Positions 25,117 through 39,903 of a stretch of DNA of 64,000 bases are shown here, one piece after another (within the stretch, counting starts at the first letter, position 1; each line of letters begins with the position of its first letter). Location: positions 142,476,001 to 142,540,000 of the forward strand of contig OX597815.1 in the NCBI GenBank assembly GCA_951406725.2, read 5' to 3'. The notes beneath the pieces were generated by a model that worked only from the letters and a program-made list of their open reading frames with translations, made no database searches and was not told the origin of the DNA. Source of the DNA: Octopus vulgaris (lineage: Eukaryota). A program made the translations under genes and the position numbers.

Positions 25117-28100
25117 CATAATAGCGTAAACAGAAGTGCTCCGCATAGAGTATCATCATCCAAGCTACTTCAAAAAGGAGCCATTGCGTTTCAGCATTCA
25201 TTTGCACTTGTAACACTCTCTACATGAGATGGAACTAACCGTATTTGTTAAGCTTACGCCGGCAGGATATGAAATAAACTGTCTTTATCACACGTTTTCC
25301 AATATAAATCTTTATACGTATATGTATATATAAATGCATGTATATACGCGTGAGTTTTCATGTATATATATTGTGTGTGTATACGATTACTTTTCATTTA
25401 ATTACTAGCTATATTCTCATAAGCTGCAATGGAAATAATTGCCGCATAAGAAATTGAAATCATGCATTTACTCGAAAATCCTGAAGGTGAAATAATCATC
25501 GTATAAAGCGAAAAAGAAGAGAAAATTGCGAAATATATTTTATGGGTTTAGTAGCAAAATATATATTGAAATATCCTCAAAGAATAAAGAATTCTGTGAT
25601 ATGCTTTCGGTATATTCAATATCTTATCCAACATTAATGCAGCCGTTCAGGAATATCCTTTGTATATGTAAGTGTATGTGCATGTGTGTATGTGTGTTTG
25701 TTTGTATGTATGTATGTACGTGTAGGTTTGTACGTAAGTACGTATGTAATGTGTGTGTACGTAAGTACGTATGTAATGTGTGTGTAGTTATGTATATATA
25801 TGTTTATTTTCCATATAACATTGTGCTAGGATTAAGTAATTTGACATTCAATATTAATGTTATTTTTTCTTTTGAGATCGGAAACCTATTTATCCTGAAC
25901 CAACATTTTACGCATTTTACCTCAAATTTTACTAAGTACAGGTAGTGTATGAGCAGCCGAATGTGTTGCGCGTGCACGTGTGTGTATTTTATATAAATCT
26001 CCTTAGCCATAGCTGTTTATGTCGAGACTCTGAAGAAGCTTGCGAAATCTTTCCGATTCTTGATGCAAAGTTATTAATAAAAGAAACGATTACAAGCGAA
26101 TAAATGTAATTATGTAAATCCTGATATTTTTCTTTAAATAGTAATATGTGCATATTAGTATAGTTTTAGTTTAAGCAATATGTCACCATTTAAATTTTTT
26201 TGCCGATGAAATAATCACAAGATCGATCTACATTATGTGTTTACTGACGTAAATTCCTGTTGATACGAGCGTGCACTGTGAAATTTATTATTTAATTCCT
26301 TGTTGAAGTTTCTAGTGTTGAGTTTATATATTTGCCTGTATTTCGCAATTAACTCTGTCTCTCTGTTCCAAATACGTAATATTTGTGAACGCTGTTATAT
26401 AATGTCGCCAAGTCTTAATTGATAAATTATCTGTTATGAAAATTGATAGCATACTGTTATTTAACATGTCATATTTCTACAGATAAAATTTATAATCCCG
26501 CGTTTATACGTTCATGAATGTGGAATTGAATTTGATAAATGTTAATTTAATCATTAATCACTTTCCCAGTATAATATATATATATGCCTGATGTTTTATG
26601 TTTGTTTCGCAGAGAAAACTTTCTTGTTATGAAGTTTTCATTAATTTGGTTCTGTAACTATAGTGAATATCTCCCTACAAAACAAAATGGAGTGCACTAC
26701 AGGGTAGCCTGAAACATAACTGAAATATGTTTCCATGACGGAAACAGCGGTTAACTACTTATTGCTTATATAGTCTATTATTCTCATAATGTCAAATATT
26801 TCCTACACACAATTTGTCGAACCAGAACCTTATCTAATTACAATTAATTGAAGAATTCGTCTCTCAGACCACATTTCAACGTGTAAGATATCTGAATAAA
26901 TATCACGTTTTGGGTAGCTCTTGATAATTCATGTACGTGTATTTCATACAGAATTTTACTAAATCGCTAGTTTAATTTATTACAAAGGTTTCCATTAACA
27001 TTTGATACGCCAACATAAAAGACTCGTCCGTTATAAAGTTGAATGTGGTGCAGTAGATTTGCAATAGAGAAAGAAACGAATTATTCAGTTCTGAAGATTT
27101 TAATTATTTCATGTTTTTGTAAATCTATTCTGAGAAATATTTCTATTACAAATATCTCATTTTGTAATTATTTTGTTTTAATTATTTTAATTTGTTTACA
27201 AATTGTGTATTATAATTATGTAAACAAAGCATAACAATTGCTAAAAATCTACTAAACCAAAAGGATATCCAACACAAAACAACTCACGTAAGCTTTATTC
27301 ATTAAAATAACGAAAATTATATCTTGATTTACATAGATTCTGAATATATATCTAGATTTGTTGAAAACTTCATGCATTTCGTTTGTTTGTTCTTTTTGTA
27401 ATAAAACTCGTGACTTTTTCAGAGTTAATTGTTAAACAAAATGTTCGTTAACCTCTATAAACATAGTTATTCTTTCTTATTCATATTCTTCCGAATTTGA
27501 ATGTATCTTTCGAATCCATACTCAAGACTAACATTGAATCTGAGAGAACTAGTTGCATTGTGGTTTGACATAAATATATAAATATGAGAACCTGCTTTTA
27601 AATCCTTGTAAATCTTTTACTGAAATGCAAAAAAGAACAAAATGTTTTCTTGACTATCATATATTATTTAGTTTTATTTTGTGTTTATTTCGTTATTATC
27701 ATCTTCCAGATACGCAAATAAATAATGACCAGCCTCGTTGAAATAATATCTTTAAGCAGGATTTGTACGCGTTCCACTATGGAATATTCTTATTCCGCTA
27801 TAAATAAAATATATTGCTATACTTTTTCTCTATTTCTTTTTCTATTTTTCCAAATGGTACATCATTTAGGCCTATGTATCATAGGATTTAATTTGTTCAG
27901 CTCATTCAATGAACGGATCCTTTTAAAAAATCGAGTGAATAATAGCCAGAAGGAGTTATGTCTTTGGTTATATACAGAACGAAATATTTCGTCCGCAAAA
28001 TATTGTCCGTTTCATACATTTATCAATAATCCAGCCTACACACACACACACGCACACACACATACACTCAAACATGCACACAATGTCATGAGAACACATA

Positions 28101-28130
28101 TTACCGATGTGTCTATGCACGCATGCATGC

Positions 28131-28174
<44 letters not shown>

Positions 28175-29569
28175 AATGCCCACTTATACGTATACATGCA
28201 TGTGCGGATACATGAACGCCTGTAGCTATGCAATTATGCATGTATGAGGGTATTTATATCACCCATTCATCTTTCACATTCCATAAAAGTATATGTGCTG
28301 GTATATACATATAATTATTTATATAGAAGCAATTTTTCACATAATTTCTCTATACAACTATATGCGTGTGTGGGTATGTTTGTGTATGAGCAAAAACATA
28401 AAAAATCGTATGGATGAATGCGTGCGTGTAAGTGTTTTTTATGCCTGCTTTGCGTTTTGTATTCGCTTTTGTATATATGTATTAATCCATGCATGGCATT
28501 TTTTTCTTTATTCTGTATGTTTTGATTTACATATGTGCACACACATAAACATGTTTGTACCTCCCTATATATATACGGACGCAGGTATATCATAGTGGTT
28601 AAGAAGTTGTCTGCATAATGCATTACGTCCTGGTTTCATTTCCCTACCTCCATGTGTAATCTTGGACAAACCGACTTACCATAGCGTCAGGATGACTATA
28701 TTTCAACACACACATACCAAGTACAAAGACTGGAATATGAGTTGTACATATATTAGTCTTGTTATCCTGCCATGCTGATTGTACTTCAGAAGTATGTGAA
28801 GGGTACACGAGTCTGTGAATATTGAACCACATCGCATACAGCAGGTTGTGTACTTTACATAACAACAGGAGATATATGCCTCGAAATTATTGTAAATGTT
28901 CTTGATTAACATATGCTTATTCTATAGATTAAACGACTGGAGGCTTTTTTTTTTTGGCTTTTTCAAAGTTTCATAATTTACATTTAATTGAAATTTAATT
29001 TTAGTTATTCTGCTCTTGTCTTATCCTTATATTTAATATTGCCTGTTCTCTGTCTCATATCATTATGTTTCCCCTGTGTTAATATTTCATACAGTTTTGA
29101 CAGAAAATTTACTGTCAGTATTGTATTTTTTTTTTCATATCGTACGTGATTACACTTTCTACATCATTGTAACTTCATATATACTGTCCTTCAGGTTTAT
29201 GCTATCTGCAGACTACATTTTATAGTAACTTTCCTCATATTCAAGTATTGTCTTCATAACATATTTTTTATTAACTAAGATATGAGTCATATCTTTGGTG
29301 TTAACTGTTCGGAATTGCATTTGGCTATCTCATCTCGGTGATTTATTAAAATGTTTATTCAATTTATGCACCAGTTTATTATCTCATATTGTTGGATTGC
29401 TAAAAGGTGCCCTTCAATTTGAAATATAAGGAGCCGGTCCCATGTCATCTTTTCTGGGTCTATAAAATAAATACCAGTTGAACACCAGGGTCGATGTAAT
29501 CGACTTACTTCCTCCCTCGAAATTGATGGACTTCTGCCAAAATTTGAAAACCAATCTTATGTGTTATAA

Positions 29570-29900
29570 TGAGGGAGCTGTAAAACTTTTATGAAACCTA
29601 GCATATGGATATTCTTTTACGTTCTGGTGATGCTATTTCATTCATGTATATAGGCTTCATCCAGGGATTCCGCTGACATTTCTTTCTTCATTGGGTTGGT
29701 TTGAAGGGATCAGATTAAGTCATTCAAAAGCTGTTGAAATCAATGTAAAGTTCCTACCATCTGGAATTAATTTTATGTAGAAGTGACTATATTCAACTTA
29801 TGTTGCGAATTTTATTGTTTATTGTTTGGTTTTGAAAATAAATCGCTATTGATGAGGGCAAAAATTTTCCTCAACGTTTTATTCATAAGGCATCATCTAC
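29570..29900 (-). mobile_element. Very decayed CR1/L2-like reverse transcriptase fragment
   Basis: LYIDF..AF and SGIPG*S resemble the RT motifs DFSKAFD and SGVPQGS. Confidence 0.35.
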
Positions 29901-30899
29901 TTAACAGGGTAATAGTTGAAGCATTCTTTGAAAATTCAATGAATTAAATCCTACACCTTGCATGAGTCTTATCCCGACGAGTATATGCACGCATGTATCT
30001 GTGTATATATGTATGTTACATATTCTGTTTGAAAGGTATACTTATTAAGGTATCTTGGTACTAAATCAATTGAATGTAAATTCAGTTCTAGACAATTAAG
30101 CTATACAACATTGACACGTAAATATAAATTTTCTTTCATCGACACGATATTACCCGTTAATGGTGTCTACGTAGGTTATGCATATTTTCCGAATAAATTG
30201 TAATGCGTTATAACTTAAAACTTATATGTTCTTAAAATTCAATTTCATTAATAATTAGAATAAATGTTTTATATTCCTTAAATCTTCCTAGAAATGATGC
30301 CAAATGTTTTCTTTTGTATATTTGAATAATTTTCGAGGTGTTTAAGGCACTTCATATCCACACTAATCTTCAGAATATAGTGTGAAATCAGCTTATTTGG
30401 TTTACTAATTTTTGTTAGAGTTAATTAGCATTTTAATCATTAACAGTATCACATTTCTGACTAGATGGAAGTGTACTTATTGACCTTATTGCATTTCAAA
30501 TGCAGTATCAATGAAATGCCGCTGGATCATACCTACGGCATCGAGATACAAATTTAAATGATCCTAATTAATGATTATCGAGAATATTCCATTAGGAAAG
30601 CAACATACAAAGATACTGGTGACTTGTTTCTCCCTTTACCTCTATAATAAAGCAAGTAGGTAAGCCTGAATATTTGTACTTGTTAATATTTCTTTTTAGA
30701 CAGCAATAAAAACAAATTATTCTACAAATGGAAGGGAAGCTAGCCTTAAATAATGATAAATATTTGCTTGTGATCTATTCTCACATAAGTTTTTTTGTAT
30801 GTTTATAGACAAAACAAAGATATTTTATTTAAGTTGCATTTTAATTTCTCCAACAGCAGTTTGGATTTTCTCATATTTGAGTAATGTCATATTTTGTTT

Positions 30900-32470
30900 T
30901 CTTTATAATAACGGAAGACATTTTAGAAACTTCCCGCTGATTTCTGGCATATGACATTTTCCTAAATTACAAACTGTTACTGTTATCATTTTCGTTGTCA
31001 GCATGATGTAACAGAGCCTTGTCCATTGAAGGTAAGCTTGTAATCTTAATTTGCCTTTAAGGATTTTTTTTATTCTTAAGAGAAGCATGTGATTTTTTAT
31101 TAAAATCATACTGCACTCTCATGTTAATTATTCTGAAATATTTGCCTTCTTTGCTTTCTGCAGAACATCATTCTGTATTGTCTTTTTTCAAGTGAGTTCC
31201 ACTGCACAGTTAAAAAATTTGTAAAATTGCTTTTGAGTTCGTTATCGTCGTGCTTGTCTTCTGACACGATGATTGGCAGGCGATTAAGCATGCGATTTCA
31301 GAAAAGCTAACACAAAGTTTTCATAGGTTTGTGTTATGCATACATCTCTGGATGATGTATGAAATTTGTACTGTATAAAGCATCAAGTAAGTATAGTCAG
31401 GATCCTACTTTTGCTATTATTTCTATTTGACTTCAATTGACAGTGGCACTTGTGCATGTTGTCCAAATAGCGATAGATGTTTCGATCATTTGGGTACAAA
31501 ACTTTGTTCTTCCTCTTAACATACCAAAGTATTTCACAAGATAATTCAAATACAGCATTTTTAAAAGCAGACGACGTTGATTCAATATCTGGGTTGTCTA
31601 AGAGTCTAGCAAGTTTGTTGTCACAGATTGTTTGAAATTAAGTTAAATTATCATTGTTCCTCAACTTTGTCACATACGCTATTTGAACTGATCGAGTACG
31701 ATTGCTATGAATAGGACTACGGATAGTAAAAGTATCCTTTGATCGTACTGGTCTATGGTCAGACCCGCCATCCCCAATGGAGAAGGAACTTTTTACTTGG
31801 ACATCTTCCCTTGTGGAAGATCTCACAATTATGTAATGAATGAGGTGATAATAGCTTGATCGTGGGAAGTTGGAAAATAGTATTGGTAATTAAAGTCCAT
31901 TCTCACTGTGAAGCGATAGCAGCACATGGCCGTGTGAGTTTGCCTTGTCAAACCCATGCTTCCTTATTACGTCACCCCATATGGATGTATCACAGCCTAC
32001 CTGTGCATTGCCATCACCAAGGAGGAAAAGTTTATCATGAGACAACTCCCCACTGGCTATGTAGCTCAGTATAGAACCACTCTTTGACTACTTCATCTGA
32101 GTTCATGGTTGGAGCATAGCAGCTAAAAACAGTTGCATATTTATTGTTGTCAATGCAGATGCGCAATGATCTGAGTCTTTCACTAATGCCAGCAGGCAGA
32201 GATTCAAGTTGTTACACCATGTCACTCTGAATAGAAAACCCAACACTTAACTCTTTCTTTACTTCCCGAGGCTTACACATCCATAAAATGTGTATCCGCC
32301 ATCAACTTCCTGTAGCTAACTACATTCCGCTAATCTGGTTGATGAAAAAGCTGCTATTCCTGTGTTTTTTCTTTTTCCAAGACATGGGCAACCAAAGCGG
32401 TCTTACGTTCTATATTTTCCTGCTGTCCAGAAGAGTTCTCACACTCCAAGATGCAATAAATGTTTTTTGT
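30900..32470 (-). mobile_element. RTE-clade LINE, APE endonuclease region (decayed)
   Basis: ERKTALVA, GGYTFLW, ISERLRSLR, SCYAPTMNSD..KEWFY, LLGDGNAQVG, ITNTIFQ, HLIHYIIVR, SDHRPV. Confidence 0.88.
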
Positions 32471-34525
32471 GTTGCTTTTTTGTTTTGCTTCCAATTATAG
32501 ATAGGATATGTCCAACCTTTAGGAAAGCCCTGAAAGAAAAGCAAGATAATCATATGAGGAAAAGAAAGATGGACGATGGCAACGTTTAAGCAATGACAGG
32601 GAGTAAAAGAGAAAGACGGGAAGAGAGAAACAGATAGAAAACGGTGAAGAGAAGAAAAAAGGAATTAGAGAAAGGATGAGAGAGAAAACGATAAGTGCGG
32701 AGAACAGTATAGAGTCGTATCAAAAAAAAAATTAAGATAGACTTACCTGGAAATGAATGCGTGGCGTTCAATCAAGTACTAATATAAATAAAATATATTT
32801 GCATATATATACATACACACACGCACATACACACATACCCACACACACAAACAAACACACACACACACACACACGCATACATATATATATGGGAAATGTA
32901 AGGTATTTAATTGGAATAGAGTGTATTTATGAGAAAAGTAGCTTATTCATATGAAATACAGTGTGCTTATCTGAAATGCAATATATTTGAATGAAATGTG
33001 AAATATTTATTACGTCGATTGATTTACACCTGAATGAATATTTTGGTAAAAAGCATTAACGTTTGCAGAGTCGTCTGTTTCAGGTTTTAGATTTCATGTA
33101 TACGTAATATTGGAGTACATGTCTTTACCACTTATATGAGTGGTTTCTCTTTCTTCACTTGAATCGAATTCTGAAGAACCCTCTTTTTTTAAAGCATCTT
33201 TTATTAGTCATTAAGTCTTACAGTGTATTACTTCATTTCTGAGTTACTTGGATGTATTTAGAAGAAGAGTCCTTGCAGCCCAATTTTGGCTTGATCGAGG
33301 ATGTTGTAATAATGGTAAATAATGACTTTGAATTGAGTATAATATTTCAATGTGTAGTTCTTCAAGCGGAATGGCTTTCATCTGGCTCGATGCCTTAAAT
33401 GCTTAATGTAAAGATGACATTTTTGAGTTGAGTCTTTCAACCGCTATACTTTATTAGGTATCATTACACTCACACTTCACAATCTGATGCTATACTAACA
33501 ATTTTATTTAATATATTCTTAAGACAACAATATAATTATTGTTACGCTCTTATGAGGAAAATAATCAGAATACATAACATAGATTTTTTCTCCTGCGTCT
33601 GTTATTGTTTTTGTCGTAAATATCTATTTTATAGCTGATGGCTGTAGATATGGGAATGAAGCTTCATTGATACATTTCTTTTCTTCCGAACGTCAGCTAT
33701 TATTGTTCTATTATTCCACTGTGCGATGGCTTTGTTTTGTTTGGGTTTTTTTCCAGATCTATTTCAGTACATAAGGAGATAACATTCTTGCACTAAACAT
33801 AGTTTCTTTCGAGAATGGAGATAATATAAAAGATAAAGTCCAATCAAATATTATATATTTTCAATCTATATTTCACTAGTAGCAGTATTCTAATGCCATT
33901 ATTTCAGTCTTTTCATCTTATAACCAATAGTTGCCAGAAAACTAAGAAGTATTTTTATTAGATTTGTGAGAAAGTGTCTGGGTTTGGTTGAAAGTGTTAT
34001 TGTGCTTACATGTGCGAAGGTTTCAGTTCATCAGTGTGATATATAAGAGTGTATGTTGATGTACATCACAATATACGCATTCTATGCTGGCGATAGTATA
34101 TTTATATGGTTGATTTGTGACAGATTCCGAAGAAAGCAGGATAAAATAAAGATGTTATATTGCGTACACATAGGCACAAATATCAAATGCCAGAGGCATC
34201 AAAGTTGTATATTATTTTTCTGCAGTGGGCAAAATATGCATTGAAAATTAAACTTATGAGGTTCTACCTGACGTTGTGGCTATTTAGTTCACTATAGGTA
34301 CAATCGAGAAGAATGTAGCAAATTCTTTTCAGGTTGGCCCAATAACTTGTTGTTTTATTTAAGACTAATCTTTTCTAGGTTTCTTTCGCATTTCCAGACT
34401 GAATGATGTGATTTGAAACATGTTTGACCAGTAATACGAGCAGATTAATCAAATGCGTAATCGCAGTGTAGTAGGTATACATATATTTGTGTATATTTCT
34501 GGTCCGTGTTTTTATATACATAATT

Positions 34526-34611
<86 letters not shown>

Positions 34612-34829
34612 TATGTTACGTCACCTATTTTGTCATGTCATGTTTTATATTAAAAAATATGCTATAAATGTGGTCCAACCGATATGCTGGTTAAACTGGA
34701 TTTCTCCATTTTATAATTATATGCATCATATATATATATATATATATATATATTTAAATGTCGCCATAATATACTTTTAATTTCCCGCACACACACTGTT
34801 TGCTTTTGATTTTGTCAACTACACAGTAT

Positions 34830-35400
34830 GGTAGAATCGGTTCGGCACCGTCTGTGAGAAAAGCAGCTCCATGGCGCAATTCACTCTGAAAGAAATTTCG
34901 AAATGACATACTGCACTAATTGGCATTCGCGCTTGAAGCTCCAATACGAATATTTCAGAGTGTTTGTGTGTCAAACCGAGGACAGTGCAATCTGAGGACA
35001 TGTACCGAGATTGATAAAAATCAATCATCCAGTCAACATAATCGTGTTTTGAGTTATCACTAGTGAAGGCAACGTTATGCCTCCATTCATCTTCCCATAG
35101 AGCCTCAGACTCGACACGGAAGTCTACACCAAGTGCTGCCCTGAATCAAGGGGGTTTCTGCTGGGAGACCCTATGTCTGGCAACGGGACTCTGCACCATG
35201 CCACACAAGCAGGAGAACATAGGCATGGCTGTCAGACAATTTCTGCAGTCTCATCACCCCTAACATCTGGCCACCTAACTCCTCAAACTGCAACCTCCTT
35301 TGATTATTATGTGTGGGGAGCAGTTAAGCAAGAGACCCACAAAATTCCTTGTAACACTAACTTTAAACTGAAGGCAAGGATTATGCCAGCATTCAGCAAT
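34830..35400 (+). mobile_element. Internally deleted maT (DD37D-type) transposase relic
   Basis: MAQFTLKEI..NTNISECL; HPVNIIVF*VITSEGNVMPPFIFP; RPYVWQRDSAPCHTSRR; WPPNS; DYYVWGAV. Confidence 0.85.
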
Positions 35401-36329
35401 TGTTTTACTGTGTAGTTATAGTTGTTTTGTATATATCTTTTAAACATATATTGAAAACACGAACATGTTCTAATTTCGAAGTATTTGAAACAGGCCGAAA
35501 CTATATGAGCTGTCGAGGGCTCTATTAATTGATGCCTTCCCCCGAGTTCATGTGAATTCTTTCCATTCAAGTGATTCTATTTAATTGATAAGCATTCCTA
35601 AGAAACAAAAAGTAGACGAAGAACTTTTGCAACGAAAGGATTTTGTGCTATTTTCTTTAGAATTCCGTTTGTTCCTCTGCCTGCTTCAACGTGGCATAGT
35701 TAGTGAGATTTTTCTAATGGTCATACATAATCTTTATTCTTTTTCCATTTCTTCAACATAGACGCTTAACTGCTTCTTACTCTTCACAAATTATCTCACT
35801 CATTGACAGGAATAGAAAAAAAAAGTCTTCCATTGAGGCAAATACACCTCGCACAACTACATGTTTGCAAAGTATCATAACTACTCATAAATGTAAACAG
35901 TCTTAGCACACGAGCTATTGTTTCTACAGAAAAAAATCTATCATTTACATTTTTCTGTTTTGATATTTTCTATGTATATTGGAGTATGAGTATTTTGTGA
36001 TTTATTCTGGTTGTTTATAAATATTATGTACATTCATTTTTCTGTTACGACAATGAAAGTTTTTCACTTACGTTTTCGGTAAATTTCTATAATATACTTG
36101 GGAGGAGATATATATTGTACTTGATTTTATTGTGCAAGTTACTTCCTTCATTTTTCTACGTACTTTCGTTTCGTTTACAGTATAGTACACTCACTGTAAG
36201 GAGATAACTGTAGCGGGGTGTCGGGCTAAGGTTCTAACCATAGTTCTCATATCTTTTCCAACCTAGAATCACGACCTAATTTATTTTTCTATAAATAAGA
36301 AAAATGTTGCCATGAAAGATATTAACGCC

Positions 36330-36880
36330 GACGCGAATATCGTTTTACCAATAAGTGCTGATATATATTGATGGCTCAGACAGAATTTTCAAAGGAAGTA
36401 TGCAAGTATTCCTACCACAGTTTTTCAGGCGGGAAAATTCAACTTGGAGCACATCTATCCCAGACTGGCACGGATCCATTTCCTGTTTTCTCATATGATA
36501 GTCTTCAACATTTCTCACTTATTTGCCTGGCAAATTCAGCAATGTTAGACAGCTACTTTAGAATGTGTACAGGTTTGCCGGTCTTCTCTCAATTCGCATG
36601 CCATTCCCTTATTTACAGGTCTTACTTAGTAATGCCATTTAAAGCATATTCATCATATGCAATGGTTCATAAGCCCTGAAACGTGTGCACAACATTAATT
36701 CATTGAATCTACGTGTGCAAATACACTACTGTAGTAAATAAGGCATTTGGAAACTTAAAGAAATTTTAGTGTAATCATTGTCAATACACGCAAGCCCACA
36801 GCGTGCCTATATGAGGTCGGCTTGAATAGAAGACATCAGTCACAACCATTATAATACTGCGTATGAATCAGAGGTTGCTT
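36330..36880 (+). mobile_element. Decayed PIF/Harbinger transposase
   Basis: Motifs in order: YIDGS (IDGTH), DWHGSI (WPGSxHD), RSYLVMPF (YLMTPF), VVNKAFGNLKKF*C (VERAFGxLKxRF). Confidence 0.6.
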
Positions 36881-37263
36881 GGAGCAATAAACTTCAGAAA
36901 ATCATCCTTATCTTAGTTTCATCTACAATATGTGAGATAAAATCGACTATTGTACTGCTACTTTTATTTTGATACACATTTTTTTTGTTACTTTTATTTC
37001 GACACAACATATAATGATACAGATTTCCCCACCACAACTTCGATGTAGGAAATGTAGCGTTTTACATCATGCGTGATGTTGTTGTAACACATAAACTTTA
37101 ATTTTATAGACTTGGTATGGCATGTGTATTAGCACTGCTTTCGTGTATGTGTGTATGCCACCTGCGTATTATACGTAACGTATATATACCACTGATTTGT
37201 ATGATGCTGTTGTTTCTATCTCTGAGAAAAATCTCTTCAAAGCATGTTGTGTTGTTGACATAG

Positions 37264-39903
37264 CATACATCGGGACCATGGTGACATCGTCCCAGGAGTG
37301 AATAATGGAAATGCCAAAGGCTTCTTCGTAATTTTTAATGATCCCTCAATCAACATTCACAACCTCAACAATGAAACGTCTACAACACGTATGGTTTACC
37401 TTGTTTCCTCCATGATTTTGTTTCTGAAGTTATAATTTTATGAGGTATTCAGGTGCAAGAGTGAGTATGCGTTTGATGGTAAGAAAGCCTATTGTAATGC
37501 TAGCCGAATGACGCAGCACCGAGGTTATTGGCTGTTGTCTAGCCTGGAGTATTTGAGTTTATAACTTTAGACGTATTTTAAAAAGTAACTGACAATTTTT
37601 AGAATGTTCTTATCTTTTTCAGAGCAGTATTATTGTATCTAGTATCATTCTTAACTAAGGATTCGCCTGAAAGAACAAAGTGTTTTCACGATATATATGA
37701 AAACTAATGTGAGCAGATTGGTTATTTTATTACAATAGTTCCATTGTGTTTACTTGAATTAGTGTCCTTACAGATGTGTGTCTTTAACATTGCCTTGGGA
37801 AAGGCGAATTTAGCGTGCATCTATATTTCGAAGAAACGGGAATAGATAATTTTACAATTTTCCAGAGGAAAATATAATTCTCACTCCGACCATTTCTGGC
37901 AGAAAGGTAAGTAGTCAAGCGACCAGTTACGACATTCATATGATACATGATTTCTGTTTAGAAGAAATAAAACAGCTTCTGTCATGTGAAGTGTAATATC
38001 CAACGAAAAGAAAAGGAGAACACAATACTTTTGTGCAAGAAAAATCTCGACAAAGAAATGTAAGGTCAAGTGACTCCTTAATAATTTTAGTCCTAATATT
38101 TTGATTTCTGTTCAACATGAAGTTAATCGACGTCCTATCAACATGTAAATCAAATCTTTTATTCGAAAGAAAGAGATGCAACATTTGATAGATGCAGCTG
38201 TTGTATTAACTACTTTTTTCTTTGAGATTTCTATGTAGACATCCAAGACTAATGAAGAGTTTCTCCTCTGGGGATTCACAGAACTCCAATTCCACTGTAA
38301 AGCACATGTATTCATTCTATCTTGCCCTGAAAGATTCTCTACTTCTTCGTGCTATTGATTAATAGTGCAGCTTTTTTTTTAAGACTAAGCGGTGAGGATT
38401 GATCGTCTGTCTGCTCACGAAAATAACTTCATATCATTTCTATTTTAGCTAAGCACAGACTGCAACCCAGATGTAATAGCGAAGTTATTTGGTAGTGTTT
38501 TAAACAATAATTAAATATGCACACAAGAACATGAATCAGAAAATTAGAAACATAAGAAATATTTTAAAGTGCAGATTTTAAATATTTCAACAGTAAAAGC
38601 TAAATATCTTATTATTCAGTATGGGTGATTTTATGTTTAAGTGAGGGAACCAATGCCTGTGCGTGAATGAACACATTTTAGCTATTGATAATTCAACAAT
38701 AGCTTTCTAGTGAACAATTTGTTTTAATCCCTAAGCAAAAATTCAATGATTTACTTGTCTTTCATATTTCTATTACCTTGCGTTGTGCCTCTGAGTATTC
38801 TCCATTCAGATTACATCTTTTATATTCTTCAAGTATTGTATGCAAAACACAGTAATTTACGTAGTGTTACTTGTATTTGTTCTATCGTTCGAACCATTGA
38901 ACATGTCTTCCACATATATATACTTACTTAATTCGCTTGCAAATTCAACATAAATAGTATCGTCAATCTTGTCGATGTCCTCATTAATTTAGTTAACAAT
39001 TACGTCGCACAATCACCAACAGAAATTGCATTATAATTTTATCGATACCAAAACAGAATAGTGAAGTCAATATTACTTCATATAATGCGGTTCGCAATAA
39101 AAGGATAATTAGAAATATTTCTGCCATAATGCAAAGATACTGATTAATATTAATTTAATTACTCCAGCTAAACAACGAAAACAACGCCGAACCTGGGACT
39201 TCTGCCATTTCATACATGAACAGACAACTTCAGATATGAAACATACCTTTCTTCATATCTTTATTGTTGTTATTGGATCAGATCTCCTAGAGTAACAATG
39301 ATGAAAGACATACCGTTTATGCCGTCCATTCATATCCTTTTGCTCAGTTATATTCTGTCTCTGCAAGGCGGCGAGCTGGCAGAAACGTTAGCGCGCCGGG
39401 CAAAATGCTTAACGATATTTCGTCTGTCGTTACGTTCCGAGTTCAAATTCCGCCGAGGTCCACTTTGCCTTTCATCCTTTCGGGGTCGATAATTAAGTAC
39501 CAGTTATGCACTTGGGTCGATGTAATCGACTTAATCCCTTTGTATGTCCTTGATTGTCCGCTCTATGTTTAGCTCCTTGTGGGTAGTAAAGAAATATATA
39601 TTCTGTCTCTGTTATACAGTCGCATATTAATTGTTTATTTGTGTTTTTCTTTTCTAGATTATAAAGAGACTGTTGGAGAACCCTTATTGGCCTATCGAAT
39701 TCATTTATTTTAATGAGTGTAATTGTACAGATTATATATTCATGCAGATATTACAATATCATGGTTTGAAGTTCTCGACATTACTAGGGTTAACTTTATT
39801 TGCCTTCAGTTTATTTTGCTGTGGTAGAAGTAGTTTTATAAAAGATCATAAGAGAGTTATAGGTGAACAGGAAATAGGTTTAGTTGCAGCTATAGATTTC
39901 TGA
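37264..39903 (+). other. Candidate spliced exons 37264-37388, 37866-37906, 39658-39903 (unknown product)
   Basis: AG/GT boundaries (TTTTCCAG|..AAG|GTAAGT; TTTTTCTTTTCTAG|), phase-compatible open frame, AATAAA at 40095; no recognised homology. Confidence 0.3.
39364..39596 (+). mobile_element. Full-length SINE family A with a perfect 15-bp TSD
   Basis: TSD TATATTCTGTCTCTG at 39349-39363 and 39597-39611; A box GAGCTGGCAGAAACG, B box GAGTTCAAATTCC. Confidence 0.95.

Noticed and set aside
26030-26050. CTGAAGA-AGCTTGC-GAAA hammerhead-like core
   Set aside because: Stem II only 2 bp and no convincing stem I or III
32747-32778. Possible minus-strand 32-nt exon (YLIERHAFIS, CAG|GTAAGT)
   Set aside because: Isolated; such sites are expected by chance and no partner exons were found
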